Assembly: GCA_036172245.1 (NCBI GenBank)
Contig: JAYWIR010000001.1
Coordinates: 6,696,001 to 6,760,000, forward strand
DNA length: 64,000 nucleotides
Reading direction: 5' to 3'
From: Raillietiella orientalis
Taxonomy: Eukaryota
Below are positions 1 to 13,749 of the stretch, piece after piece (within the stretch, counting starts at the first letter, position 1; each line of letters begins with the position of its first letter). The translations under genes were made by a program, and so were the position numbers. The notes beneath the pieces are model-generated. The model worked only from the letters and a program-made list of their open reading frames with translations. It ran no database searches and was not told the origin of the DNA.

Positions 1-499
1 AAGTGCAGAAGAGCCAGAAGCAGCAACATGGAACGGAGGAATGTCTGAGGGGAAGTTCAAGATCTATTTATGGAAGCAGATCCAACTGGCCCCACCAGTG
101 CCGGCCTGAACTAGTTTTCAGGCCTGCTCAGTCGGAATGCAAGATCAATTAAGCTGACAAGAAGACCAGACATCCTAACCGGAGTCGCTTTGCCCCTGGA
201 AGAATGGCGCAGTGGGCAAGCAAACTCCTTCCCTCTCCAAACACTCTCTCTCCAACAAGTTTCTTCGTCTTCACCTCAGTGTAGGGAGAAAGAAAATGCT
301 TAGAGAAGGCTCCAGGATATCGCAAGGAGCTCTAGAGAAAGAAAGAGCAAGTACTTAAAAGAATTCAGAACGAAAGACTTGCTGAAAACTGGAGCCCTCA
401 TCAGAGACTGACGCCAGAAGGAAAACAAAAGAGAACCGAATCTTAGAACTTTTTATTCCTTCTCCTCTTCCGGACCATAGAGAGTTTCCAGTGCGTCAG

Positions 500-3400
500 A
501 GTCGGGATGTAGCCGGAACTTTGAACCGAACGAAAGAATTGGGGTTAGATGTTAGCTCTTCCGGTTATTGTCGTGCTGAAGAAGCTTCATCTAATGTATC
601 CGTCCTTCAAGAAGAATTGGCGCATTAGCTCTTTGGAGGTGTCCTTTGGAGACAGTGACGGCCGAATCTAGCAGCTTTCGTGCACACCGGAGGGCACCAG
701 CAGGTGTGAGGATGATCCGATCGTCCCGTGTCTGGCTTACTCGGGACGATGCCAACGCTCGTTGCACTGGGATCCCCAGCGCACCGAAGGCGCTGATGCT
801 TGCTACCATTTACAAGTAAGATGAAGCATTGTTCTTTGGCAGGCTGATGAGGGAAAGCAGCGCAGAAGAGAAATGAGGTCAGAGAGTGGCAGAAAACGAC
901 GCAAATTAAGGGCAGGAGGTAGGTGCCAGAATCGAACGACTGAACAAAGTTTCCAAGCGGTCATTTAATGCTTCCTGACGCGTTGGTGATGTACCGGAAG
1001 CACAAGAGCTTGTCCAATGTAGAACAAGTTACCACTGCGTTCCTTCACGTTGCATTCTAAGCTGATTTCTAGGTAAGCTGGCGCCCCTAATCGGAATGCG
1101 TTTGGACATCTGAACGCAACTTCGTGGTTTCCTCCCTGAGTCGCAAGAGCCGATGCGAGCGGAGTTTAGAAACATCTTCGGTAGTCATTTCCTGACAGCT
1201 GAAGTCCCGGAATCAGTTTCTTCTAGCTTCTCACGACCCTTATCAAGGAATTGGAGATAAGTCAACAGCTACAGAATCCTCTTTAGGAGCCTCGATAGCG
1301 GAATTCAGCTGATTGCAAAAGACCATCGGTTCGAACTGCTAAGAAGAATGTGTATATCTAACCACCAGTCGCCTTCTCTCTGGAGATCTGCCGACGCGGC
1401 GGTATCCAAGATAGGAGAGAGTAACCACCAACTCAAGGGAGGTGTTTCGCAACTAACTTCGCCCTCAGGCGAAACGGAACGGAATGTTCTGAACCGGGGT
1501 CGAAACTGAAAAGATCCGTAGGGTGAATGCTTTCAGGGTAGCTGGAAACCAGTGGAAGCAACTACTTCCTCCCCTCCCGTCTCTTCCCGAAGCAGTCGCA
1601 ATCCCTCAGCAATCCTACTAATCACTGTTTAGAATCTTGGAGTATGCCATCCCGTGCTTATTTATTGGTCTTTCCTTCCCGGTCATGTCCCTAGTAGGGT
1701 TCGCACACATACACTCTTGTTTAGGTGCGACATACATTTGCCTGCTTCTTGTGGTGTTTTCTTATTCATGGCCCATGACTGCGGGATGCATTTCCGTATT
1801 GGAGTGGTTCATTCCATCCGTTTGATACGCAGAAAGCCACCTGTTCGCTCCAGGGAAGCGATGAGCCGAAGAAGGTGGAATTCCGGAAATATTCTTTTCT
1901 TCCCGTGTACTCTCAAACCTTCCCGAAATTCGCTTCTCTCGAGGAGAGAGTGGAACTTTTCAGGAATCGTTTGCATGTAATTTTCCATTTCGGTCCGATC
2001 CTGATCTCCTAGACATCCATTCCCGTTCAGCAGGGATTAATCGACGGGGGCCTTTGTCTCCTCTTGCACCGTAAGAAACAGCATCCCTTTCTTCGGAAGG
2101 ACGCGCACCCTCACAGCACTCTCAGAGTTCGGTGCCACTCTCAGAGCTACTCCGTAAGGCTCACGCTGATGAAGGCAATTGACGGAGGTGGTCCCTCCCG
2201 ACTGGTCACTGAATTCAGGAAGTCTATTGAGCAGGCGAAGGACCCTTCTGATGCACGGCTGCAGAGGACAAACGCCCCAGAGCGCTGCGCTTCCCTCTTC
2301 GCGTCTGCAGCTTAGAATCCTGGAGCATGGAATCTCCAGCGAAACAAAGATGGTGCCATTGCACTGGATGACTGCTTGCTTTGGGAAGAGAGAGGGGATA
2401 GGGAACTGCAGCAGCCCCCAAAGCACTCGTATCCCTGCCGGATAATGTCCAGGATTCTCGTTCTTGTTCACGTCCCAAGTAAATCATGCGTTCCCTGGGG
2501 GGCATTTCTGTCTTCAGACAGAGGCTTTCGCCTAATGCATAACTAGGGTGTCGCTCATTAGAAGACAGATGGCTAGAGCTCTGGAGGAGGCTTTCATAAC
2601 GAAAGAACCCTAATCCTTGAGTAGGGGTTCGTTCTTCTTGGGAAAGCATGCTCCCATCAAGAAAGTAGCGAGGCAATACAGCGGAACAGCAGCAGCCTGA
2701 TCTCAGGAGTCGAAGGCGTTTTCGGCTGGTGGTGACGCGGATGAGGGAAAGGAAACGATGATTGACCTGAAGTATGGAGACAAGACGGATGCCGTCTGCC
2801 CTTATGAAATCGGTACTCAGATGGCGCTGTGGGAGGTAGAATGAGCGCGAAGACTTAGAGCGGCAAGCGATGAACACTTCACCGCTGAAAACCAGTCTAG
2901 TAGTGTTGGCGTGCTTTCCCTCTGTCCCTCGGCCATTTTCTGAACCACCAGAAGGCACATCTGAGCTCCTCATTTTTTGCTCGGTGCGATCCAAGAACAC
3001 AGGAATTCTGCGTTTCCCTTGAAAAAGACGTTGTGGTTCGCTCGAACTTCCTGGTGTTTCGTACTCTATTATGACCTCGACGGCGTCTTTTTCGATCATC
3101 TGAAGAGCTGCTTTGGGTTAATCCGGACGATTTGTTTTACCACAAAGCCTTCCAACGCAAAGCTCCAAGGGCTGCGGAATTCCCGATCCTCCTAGCAGTG
3201 CCTGACTCCCCAAGTTGTTGCAACTCTATGAACACCACGGATGCATGTGTAAGTGCACCACGTACTCGAGAACAGAGGCGTGAAGAATTTCTCGAAAATT
3301 CTCGCCCGTGACTCACGCACGAGATCATAGATGTCTCTTGAAAAAGCCATGGGTTTTGTCACCTCCGCCCTGATCAGCCACAAACCCGTTCTGTCCGAGT

Positions 3401-3650
3401 GACAGAAGCAGTCGTTTCGGACGAGAGCAGCAGGCACCTGGTCTGCAATTCTAGAGGGACCGACGCATGTGCGCCCGGCCTCGACTTCGGTGAAACATTG
3501 ATGAGACTAGTGACAGGATTGCTGCACCTTTCGAGGCTCTCCTGGCTCCGGAGCAGCGTTCCAGCGTGCACAGTGGCACAATTCGACTTCAGCAACGCGT
3601 CGGCAAGTGCTCGCGGTTCGTTAACAAACCCTACTCAAATTTCCATGAAT
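500..3650 (-). mobile_element. Highly degenerate L1/Tx1-like LINE ORF2 (RT to C-terminus)
   Basis: Eroded motifs in the expected order: SPKSRPG (~3480, KSPG-like), RDIYDL..RIFEKFF, VFLDR, ERMIYLG (~2480), RILSCRREEG. The C-terminal ASISAFGALGI..ALRCARKLL (591-809) resembles the C-terminus of the better copies. Frameshifted; by-eye. Confidence 0.5.
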
Positions 3651-3664
3651 TTTCAAGTAATTGT

Positions 3665-5535
3665 ATATCGCCGAGTCACGCCGGGACGTTTATTATAAAA
3701 AATAAACATATTTGTGTAGGGCCATCAGCTCTACATTGTCAAAAATGCACGGAACCTGTCGAGTAACAGGCACGCAGGCTGGCGTGGTTCAATTCGGCAG
3801 CGGAGGGGAGGAGGCAAACAGAAATAAAAATAAAACAAATAAATATATGCAAAAAAATTAAGAGGGTAAGGAAAGGGATCACTGCGAGCTGGAGGATGTT
3901 CTCCGCATCCTTCCAGAATTTCGGTAAGTTCCATCCAAGTATGCCCCTGGTGGAGCCATCTTGCTGCCGTCTGCAGGAAGTGCAGGGCGGAGCAAATGGC
4001 GTCCCTATCGTGCCATCCTCTTCTCGCATAGCTCCAGGCTTCGCAATCCCGTATAGGCAGCAAAGAGCTACTAGGGATGCGCCAGGCAAAAGAGCAGCAT
4101 GCACGAAGAGGCGCTTCAACACGTCCTTGGGATTGTCCGTCGGTGTACGTAGGGCCATTACTAACGCAACCACAAGGGCTGGAGGGCAACACAGTCTACA
4201 AGCAGGTGCAAGAGAGATTCCCATTCTCTACACCTGCAGCAGTAGGTGTCCACAGCCTCCCGGGCCCAGTGAGAGCGGCGGGCACTGCACGGGGGACCCC
4301 AGTTCGCAAGTGCTGCCTCCTGACAGTTCAAGGGGACTTCCCGGTTGTTCTTCAGTGCTGGGAGGCACTCGAAGTCTTCGTTTAGGATTCCCAGCAACTT
4401 ATTCCAGCGCAACAGTCCTTTCGGTGGGGCACTTGGGGTCGCAGCGTCCGTGAGCTGGCCCGTGGTCCAACCACCTATTTCCCTCGTCTTTCGACGGAAT
4501 TCGAAACTGACGTCCTATTTGGCCAGCTGGTTACTGATCACGTGCATCCTGAGGAATGGCACTGCCGCGGCTAGTGAGCTTCTTCGCACGCACGTACACA
4601 CGTGGTGGGCTGCGCGATGATGTCCTGCAGAGAGCGGTTGTTGTAGGAGTGCAGCAGTCGCTGCCTCATCTCCAGGCTCGCTTTGTTCTTGGTCCATGTG
4701 CGAACGGTTTCCTGCAACCAAGCAGTACCGTTCGCGACAGGCGGAAGATCCACTGGTTGTATCAGGTCAGCATGGCCACCCATCTGAGCTATAGTCAGCA
4801 TCTAGACACGTTACGTCTGGGCCGCCGCGCCAGAAACGAAGACAGTCCCACTTAGCCGGTGGCTCGCTTGACCAGGTATCGTGCAGGATCGCACCAGTTT
4901 GTGCTCCAAAACTTTGCCACTAGGAAATGTGTTTTCCACTGGAGCTACCGCTCCAAAAGCTCCAACTTCGCTGGAGATCTCAGGAGGTCTGGGTGCTACT
5001 AAGTGGGGGGCAAACAAAAAGCAGGGAGCGGAAGACAGGGGCTACAAACGTGTGTCACACTGCGGACCATTTCGGAAAGAGAAACTTGCAATCTTGGAAC
5101 AAACCGATCGCTGATGCTGCCTTCTGGAGGCAGCTGGACGAAGCCTCCGCCAGAGAATAGTCCCCCAACGGTACACCGAGGTACTTAAAGTACCGAACCA
5201 TGGGGATCTTCAAGCTGATCGAGTCCAGCTTCCCTGCCCACGCCGAACCAAGTGCTACCACGGCCGATTTCGTTCTGTTCATCTCCAGTTCTGTCCCGCA
5301 GATGAACAGCTCAAAGAAATCTTCGAGCTCCGACGCCAAGGTAGACATGAGGAGGAGCAGAAGATCGTCCGCATACGCTGACACGGCCAGTGTGCCTGGG
5401 CACGTACATGGCAGGCGAGCCAAAGTCGCCCTGCACTCCTTCAGCACCAACTCAAAGTAGGTGCTGAAGAGCCAGGGACTCAGGCTGTTGCCCTGCCGTA
5501 TCCCACGGACATCCTCAAGTAATAATGTGCCCATC
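3665..5535 (-). mobile_element. 5'-truncated L1/Tx1-like LINE, best-preserved copy (RT core, CCHC knuckle, 3' UTR)
   Basis: ORF 5055-5534 has GIRQGNSLSPWLF, AYADD (YADD at 5364-5375), MNRTKS and FKYLGV. ORF 4161-4412 has CCRCREWESLLHLLVDC..W (ORF2 zinc knuckle). T-rich 3' UTR with AATAAA (3689-3694, minus). Stops and frameshifts present. Confidence 0.9.
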
Positions 5536-5599
5536 GCGGAAACCCTCGTTTTTCAGCGAATAAAAGTTTCCGAAATTCCGCCCTCAGCATCCTTGGAAA

Positions 5600-8500
5600 C
5601 ACGTTATCCTTACTAGTACAATCCTAAAATTCGGCTCCTGCGTAAATGAAGGTGCATCATACACATAAGGCATCAGGATTTTCATCCTTTGGATATCTGC
5701 ATATATCTGTAATGGAGGATTGTTAACTGGATGCCAGCTGTGTAGTGCTGAAGATGGAATAGTTCAGGAATTGCTTGAGAGAACCGGGCTGTCATACCGT
5801 CCGTGAGATCGCTTTTCAGAGTAATCGCTGATGGTGATGCAAGGAACGTTCTGTGGGAACCCTGGAGTCGCAGCAAGTGCGTTCCACAACACACGTCGTG
5901 TGCTCTTCGAGATTCCGTTCCTGCCTGCAGAAAACGAAGCACGGCATCTGACGCATCCTGCGATTTCAAAGATTCTTTGAGATGGTGACTCCAGTTCGAT
6001 CCCACTTTTCACTCTCTGGAACGGCTTTTCTCTATCTCTGCGAAAATCGAATCGCTGAAATTTGTTGGGTGAATCGACGACGGCGTAGGAACGAAGGATT
6101 CACAGAGAAGAGCTGCTAAGCAATTGTGGAATTATTTCTATTTGATTCATGAGACCGATGACTGCAGGCATAAACATTCTCAACTGGATTAAACCGTCAA
6201 AGACCTCTCATTAAGATGCCCCACGGCAAGTTTTTTGAGACGTCGTGAAACGAGCTGATTGCACATAAGAGAAAAGGAAGAAATGGAAGGGAAAAACATC
6301 AAACGGAATTCAACGTCAATGCTTCGAGATAAAGAATCCAGGCCGGCGGGGGAATAGGAGTCGGAGTTAGGAGATTCCAAGTACCAATTGGAGGGATTAG
6401 CCCCCAATGTCAATTATGTAATGAAATCTGTGCGGCTCTCTTCTTCAAGAAATGCTCGAGTAATTAGCTGCAAGCTGAGGAAGGAGCGTGGATCTTTACG
6501 ATGATGCATTGGCATCCCAACTCTTGCTGCTCCTTCGAAACGAGGAAGGCTCCTCTCCATTGGACGGAGGCCACCAATGGTTGTGAAACATGGGTTGTTT
6601 ACGCGGAACTGGAAGGCATGGTGCATAATGAGAGCATTATCCGAAATTATAAATAAGATTGAGACCATCTTCGTGCCCTTGATGCATTATTACGTAGATA
6701 TGGCAATGGACGTGTGCACTTTGGGGGAAACATTTGAGTGGATGAGAAATGGGGTTGAGGAATGGACGGACGCCTTTCATATGCGAGCACACGGAGAACG
6801 AGGGACTTTATATTTGAGTGAAGGATGAAGAAGATAAGATAAAGGCCACATGAGATCGTTATAATGATGAAAAAGTATCCATTTCTCCCTGTAAATTAGG
6901 ATAACAAAGATGTACTATGCGAAAATTTGGTTTTCCAATCTTTTGCGGAGCATCCACGTGATGAAACCGAACCAGCCAGCAAGTCGCTGGTTCGCAAGTG
7001 GGAACAGAACCCTCCAGATTGGATTCTGTTTTTCGGGATCGGGTCCCAGCCCTCTCTCGGAGATATCCTTGGCATCCTCTGCATGGAAGCGAATTCATTC
7101 GTGCTTCCGCCATCATGCTGAGGAATTACCTTTAATCGGAGCTGCAGTCGGAAGAGATGCCGAGGAACGCTCTTTCGGATTCAACTACTTTGGTGCAGCC
7201 GTTTGTTGCTAAGCACCGATGGGGCGTAGGGAGCCAAGTGTTGAGGTGCACGTTACTCTTCGAGTGATTCAGAGGTGCGATCCAGGATGGTGTCAAGCAG
7301 ATGACGTGCGCACATCCATCGGGAGTCTGCCTGCCCACCGCAGATCTAGGGGAACCTACCTCTGCCCATTTGCTATGGGGCATTTGCTACGAGTACACAA
7401 AGCAAACAAAAGTTCCATGGCTCAAAGCTGCGTAAATCCCCTAGGATATCAATCTGGAGGATGGTTTCCGGTCCCAAGAGTAATGACTTGGACGGATATT
7501 TATAGTAGCAGAAGCAAACTTGAAGAATCAGAGCTCTGAACCGATGATTCCCTGGCACATCCTGGAAGACGTTCGCCAAAGGCCAGAGCAGGTGCACTGT
7601 GTCCAAACTTGGAGACGATGCTGTCCAAGTTCGGCCAGCAACGTGTCTGCTCTGACTCCACGTTGCAGCGCGGAGCACCTTCGATCGGAACGAACAGAAA
7701 TCCGAAGATTTCTTCCTGGAGGAGGTGCTGTTTTCGGGATGAACCTTAAGGATGGGTCACATGGAAACGATTGCATGCCAGGTAGGAGTGGCAAAGCATC
7801 GTCGTGCATTCCAGAAAAAATCGAACCTCACGCCGGACCGCTTTTTCTCCAGTTTGGTACACGTCACGTACGCTGGGATTTCTACCCTCCTCCCCTCTCC
7901 CATCCACACCCACTCCAGGAGTGAAGAGAGTTGCATCCTGCGTGCCTGGACGTCTTCACCCATGAAACACGCAAGGCGGAAAGCTGCTTTCAGCCCAGCA
8001 TTGGAACTGAAGGAGCGAAGGCTACCACTGGCTCGCAGGATGGTTGTGGTGGACAAAGTGCTGAGACAGCTAACCAAACCGAAACATCAACAAGTTGGAA
8101 GAAGGAGGGTTCCTTGTTCCCACTCCCTCCCCTTCCTTGGTTGTGTCCCAGGTGGAGTTCCTTTTGCCCTCGCGGAATACAGGGTGCCATCACGCAGGAG
8201 GAGAGCGGTGCACCCTCTCGCCACCTGCTCCGCCGACTGGCAGCCGGTATCCGCGGCGCCACCGCCTTCCAGGCGAAGTCGGACGTCCGCACGGCGCTGC
8301 CAGCTGCCTCAAAGAGCACCAGGTCCTACGGGTGGATGAAGACTGCCCTTCACTTCCTGCACCCGAAAGGGAAGAAGAGCTGAACTAGCCGGTGAAAACG
8401 AACACGCGTGCACGGTTCGTGACCCAGAGATTAGCCGGAACGCCCACTGGTGCCCATCCGCGCGCTCCATGACGGGGAAAGCGATGAGACCGCGATCCGC

Positions 8501-9750
8501 CCATGCAGTCTCCCACGGGGGAGAGTGGTCCGCTCTACCCTCTTCAAGCAATTGCTCCGCTATTGATATCTCGAACGTAACAGCCGGACCATCGAACGAC
8601 TGGAGGAAGGTTCCTTTGGAGAAATCCTCAGGATCGACCATGTGCGCCTGACTCATGACTCCAGGACTCCATGAGTCGATGGGACGAGAAAGGGGGCAGA
8701 GGCGAACTCCAGCTCGTGGAGTTCACCGAGCACATCTCTCGAGGGCGAGCGTCTCGGCTGGCGAGCGTCGTCACGCCCGAGCACCCAGCAAAGATGGGTG
8801 GGGTTCCCTGGCGTTTCCCACAACTTCGGGATTCCTGTCTTCCCGGTGAGCGTCCTCGTCCTACCACCCTGTCGGTAATACTTTGCTATCTGATTGGTGC
8901 CTGAAACGAGGAAGTCTGTCTCAAGGGGCAGCGTGCCCAAGGCGTGCACGCACTGCGAGATCATGGCGACCCTGCCTCACGTACTGCAAGGCCAGGGTCG
9001 AGATGGAGTGGGACTGGAGGTGCACCGCCGGTGCTGCTCTGTTGGATCTCCTTAGGCAATGCTCACCCGCCCTGGACAGGGTTTTTCCCGTCGAGTAAGG
9101 GAGGCCTGGAATTCTCTTTCCTTTCGTTTAGGAGATTCTGGGTATCTCGCCAAGCTGATCAAAGAAGGAAGGCCCAGTTATTCCAGAACCCGCTCACCCT
9201 AGGAGTGCTGTGCGGCGCCCTTTACCAGCCTCCCTTCCCCAGAATTTCCGAGAAGGAGGCTAGTGCCGAGCGTCCAAAAGATGCGACAGGGTCACCAGCT
9301 GCGCCGCGGGGGAGCGGGAAGCAGTGGCCGTCAAAATGAACACAGGGTTTAGTCGTTTGCGATGGTCTTTGCCTACGAGCGATGGGTGGTGAGGTGGTCC
9401 AGTCTGGGGTGTAGCCGGGGAACCTACGGACGTTTGCGGGCAGGCGAGTTTGAGACCAGGGACCCCTTACTCCTGCTATCACCCAACCTGTTCCTTCTAC
9501 GCAAGCCCTCCGGATTCGCGGTGGTCGCCTTGAGGCCACTGCATCCCACTCCCAATTTATTCATTTATTGGCCTTTCTTCCCTTCCCTCGGCGCGTTTCT
9601 CTAGTTGTGTCCTCAGCGAGGTTTCATCCCTTTCGTATTTCGGAACGGTCCACGCCGGTCCTATCTCATCGTAAAAAATTTATTTATTTATCTACTGATT
9701 TTAAATGAATTGCCCAACAATCCTGGATGAATGGTCACTCTGGAGTGCCT
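5600..9750 (+). mobile_element. Degenerate L1/Tx1-like LINE ORF2, second subfamily
   Basis: Eroded motifs in order: RKAP..DG (~6545), AQSCVNPL (~7420), NEQKS (~7690), VTYAGI (~7865), RRLPLARRMVVVDKVL (~8020), FSRRVREAWNSL (~9085), then T-rich tracts at 9550-9700. Confidence 0.55.
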
Positions 9751-9759
9751 GCTTGTCCA

Positions 9760-10400
9760 TGAATAAACACTGCGGATTCAGCTGTGGTTGACACTGACAC
9801 GTGGGCAGCCGCGTTGCAAGTAGTGCAGTAGGGCACAATAGGGCGGGAATAAGGAGGCGCTAAATAAAATAAAATAAATAAAATGCAGAGTGGGCTCGTG
9901 AACGCGTGCCACGAGCGACTGTCGGGAGCGTTTTCTCTTCGAGTGCAAGGATCGGCCTGCTCTTCAGAGGCTGCGCATTCTGCTGGATCAAGGGGACTTT
10001 TCTGCTAATACTTCCATATTCAAACCCAACAAAAAAATTGGTAGTAGCAGGTCTCACTGTCCACGCGACGCTGGTGCCGACTACCACTGCATCTCCATGG
10101 GAAACTCCGTTGCCGGAACCGTAGATCCTGAGGTCGCAATCGGAAAGCCGAAACAGCTCCGGGGGGTGCGCGCAATAGTTTTCGCTTCACCTCCCTGAAG
10201 AGCCGTCTCTAGCTTCCCCTTGTCACAGCAGGCGCCGTCAGATGGAGGAGAGTTCCAGTCGCCTTCCCTTCCTCCCCCAAGGCTTTCTTCGCCTGCAGTT
10301 GCGACCATCCCGACCCGGATGAAGCGGAACCGGTCGCTCAATCTGCCGAAGACCCGGAATGGAATTAATCCGGACATCCAGCAAATATTGAAGCGAAGGC
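9760..10400 (-). mobile_element. Possible LINE 3' fragment, tail-to-tail with the preceding copy
   Basis: ACCDKGKLETALQ knuckle-like remnant, followed on the minus strand by a (TTTTA)n tract at ~9861-9883. Confidence 0.3.
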
Positions 10401-11160
10401 ATCGGTGCGTCAGTTCATCTCTGGACGGCAGCTGATGCTTACTTTGCGAGTTGAACGTTCCGTCAGTCTCGGAGAATCATTCATTATTCACCACGGTTTC
10501 CATGGATTCACCAAGAAGAGCGAGATCCGAGCAGTGAAAGTAGGAGGAAGCCTTGCGAGCCCATGGTTTCCTGTCGCGTGCGCGGACGGGGAAGGAGGCG
10601 GGAGGTCTGGGAGACCACGGGAAAAAGAGGATTTTTCCTGTCGGGTACGGAAGGCCTGGAATTCGCTTCCCTTTCGTTTCGGGTCCTCAATTCCAGGTTG
10701 CGGGTATCTCTTCAAGCTGAACAAAGAAGGGAGGTCTGATTCTTCCAGAACCCACTCACCTTAGAAGTGCTGCGCGGCGGCCTTCTTTACCAGCTTACCC
10801 TCCCCAGAACCTCCGAGAAGGCTGCTAATGCCGAGCGCTCCGAAGCCGAAGATGCGGCAGATCACTTCCTCCATCTTCGTGGACCCGCGATCGACAGGTT
10901 TGTCAGCCATCTTTCTGGTAAACGCTGGAGATCCGCTCAGGAGCGAGGGGATGCCCATCGCTCCCCTAGGGGCTCCAGAGCTGGCGCTTCTTTTCCTCCC
11001 TCCACACACTCTTGCTGTTCTGTCCTCCGTGTCGTTTTATGCCCTTCGCCTCCGACAGACAAATGCCTGGCCAACTCTCATTGCATCTTTTATTTTATTA
11101 ATTTATTTTAAACTGATAAACCAATATGCTGGAGCGGGAAGGGCTCACCCAATGAGAAAC
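10400..11160 (+). mobile_element. LINE 3' fragment homologous to 9.0-9.7 kb
   Basis: 10645-10862 aligns directly with 9095-9290 (ggcctggaattc...ttccagaaccc.ctcacc.tag.agtgctg.gcggcg...tccgagaagg..gcta.tgccgagcg). T-rich tail at ~11085-11110. Confidence 0.7.
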
Positions 11161-11499
11161 TCATGGACACTCTTGGTTTCGGGGCCTTTTCAAGTTGAGG
11201 TCTTCTACCTCAAGCGAAAAAGCAGGTTTAGTGAATCTTTTTCGTCCAAGAACCAGAAGCTAAATTCCTGCTCTGGGGTCAGAAAGAGATGGAAAGTTAA
11301 TTGCCCTCTGTCTCTTCCTTGGAGTTTTTCCGCCTTCCCCAGATATTCTTCAGGAAGAAATCCAAAAAAGAAGTCTCGCTGGAAGCTCTGATTGCTTCGA
11401 TCGGTCGATGCCGTTTCTCTCCAGAGGCTCCCAGGTTTCCTCGGCTAAGGTTGACTTCATGCCGCATTGTTCGGTCTCCAAGAATGCCTTCCTGTGAAT

Positions 11500-13400
11500 C
11501 TCACCCTTAAATCTTGCACTGAATTCTTCATCCTTTCGCGTTTTGAACTCTTTTAGTGGACTCGATGATGTCGCTGATGATGTTCCCGGTGCCGCTTTCT
11601 TCCGGGTGAACCGTACGAGCCTTCCTTCCGGAGCCAGGCTCCCTATTTCCGCAACAAGGTGCCAGAGGAGTGCTGCTGAGCTCCATGGTCACGAGCAGCC
11701 AGCCCGGTGGAGATTCTAAGATCATTCCAGAAGTGCACTGGGCAATCTCCGAGCTCCGGATTGCTCCTCGCGCTGATCATCACGTATTCTTCCAGGAAAA
11801 AGGGAAATTTCGTTCTCCAGAAGTAAGCCCTCATCGACACGAGGACGGCAAGCCTTTTACCACAGGAATGGTTTCTCAGAAAGGCGACATTTTGTCTTTT
11901 TGTAGCATGGGTTCTGCGCAGGGAGGTCGCATGATTTTCCTACTACATGTCCTTGTCGTAGGAAGCATCCCTATCAGCGGGAGGCCGTGCCTTGCGTCGA
12001 CTCTGAACTTCGCACGTCTAACCACTTCGTGCACTCCGGAAGCGTCTTCGATTCCCCGACTGCCACTGTACGCGCCCTGTTCTTAGTAAACTTACCGCCC
12101 GTGAGATATGTTCTGGCGGCGTGGAGGCATCTTCATCGCACGCGCCCACTCGCCCTTTCGCCAAGAAACGCGGCCAACCCGATCGGGAAAGCGAAGCAGA
12201 GAAAATGAACGCTGGAGGTCGACTGCTCATTCGTTCTGGATTTGATTCTCCAGAACTTTTTTCTGGAACGTCGTGATGAATGCTGTTGCCTGCCCTGTTG
12301 AGAACCGGTCAGGAAGCAGCATTGTGCCGCCCATGTCTCCACGAAGAATGTGAAAGGCTTGACATGCCCTCTCAAGAGAAGCTCCTGAAATGCTCATCAC
12401 CTGGTTGCCAAGAAACGCTTCCGTCATCCGCATGCAGATGCAACCTTCTGTTGTCGTTCCCGTGCTTTCGAACTCTGGCCTCGAATCGGGAGAGAGCGCT
12501 GCACGAAACACAGCAAAGAAACTGTGGCAAGTGCCGGGAATGACGCTTTTCCTCCTCCGTTGCCTGGCCGCCAGGAATTCATCCATTCGAATTCGAAACT
12601 GCCTTCTTGAATTTCCACGGACTTCAGAAGACCTCTGTCTGTCTTCTGAGGTTTACCAGAGGCAGTGTCTGGACCTCCCATCCACCCACCCTCATCCCCC
12701 AGAGCCAACTGACTTCTCCAACGGTCTCGGACCTCTTGCGACATTATTTGAGTCTTCGAAAATCGTGCGACAGTGCGCTCTCGAAATCTGTTACCTTCAG
12801 AGACTGCTGGTTCCAGATTGATTTCCACACCAGTAGAATTTCCACGTTGGGTTGGAACTGTCACCATCGCAACGGATGGTGTGCGCGTGATAGCCGATGC
12901 AGTTGGGCGTGTAAGAGCCGCGCACGTGTGCCGCCCATGTCGCCACGATGAACGTGAAAGGGCTTGACGTACCCTCGCAAGAGGAGCTCCTGAAATGCTC
13001 ATCACCTGGTTGCCAAGAAACGCTTCCGTCCTCCGCATGCAGATGCGACCTTCTGTTGTCGTTCCCACGTGCTTTCGAGCTCTGGTCTTGTTTCAAACTT
13101 GAGCCGGACGACGTTCCACACCCGGGGGCGCATCGGCGCATCTTGATCCTCACTGGACAGAGAATACGGTCGATAAGAAAGAGCTTGCGTTCTTCCGCCG
13201 GAAATATAGGGAGGTCGAGTTCTTTTCCGCCCGTAAGTCGAAGTCCTCCGAATTGATGAGCGACCCGTATGGAGCGATGTACAAATGAGGAGGAGCATTT
13301 TGCAGGTGTCGTGGAAAGACCAAAACGACTTGCAAGTTGTTCTCATCTTTTAGCGTCTTCATAATCAGTTATAGGTGGGGGTGCTGGGGGGCGTCTCAGG
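11500..13400 (-). mobile_element. Degenerate LINE ORF1-like region with internal duplication
   Basis: GMLPTTRTCSR..NHATS knuckle-like remnant (~11915-11972). The start resembles the CCCCCTAT..TGAAGA leader junction seen at 51095. Weak. Confidence 0.35.
12323..13085. repeat. ~160-bp direct repeat (12323-12478 and 12927-13085)
   Basis: Both copies contain the identical stretch agctcctgaaatgctcatcacctggttgccaagaaacgcttccgtc with closely similar flanks; spacing 604 bp. Confidence 0.95.
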
Positions 13401-13749
13401 ATTCTTGGCACACGCGGGCTCATGAGCAGGCGATTGATACGAGTGATCTCACAACTGTCCTCCTTCTGTATGGAAACCTTTAAGTCTCACTTTCTCGCGC
13501 TGCGTCCTCTGTGATGGAAAATGCGGAGTGTTTCCATCACACAACGGACGTTCTGAACGTTCCACCGCTTTCGAAGACTCGCCGGGATGAGTCACTCCAT
13601 GCTTAGAAGGACACAAATTCAGTATATAAGGTGATGCTTAGACGCACGGAAATCATTACCCTCCCTGTTCTTCGACTCTTCCCCTGCTGTTCGCGAAACG
13701 TGGTATCTCGACTCCGTAATCGCCGTTTGGCCACGATCATGGATGAAAA

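Noticed and set aside
10630-10672. CR1/L2 assignment from FSCRVRKAWNSLP
   Set aside because: Homology continues for hundreds of bp past the motif, upstream residues look like an eroded CxxC..ET..F.C knuckle, and the sister copy has L1/Tx1-type motifs. CR1/L2 is not fully excluded without a phylogeny.
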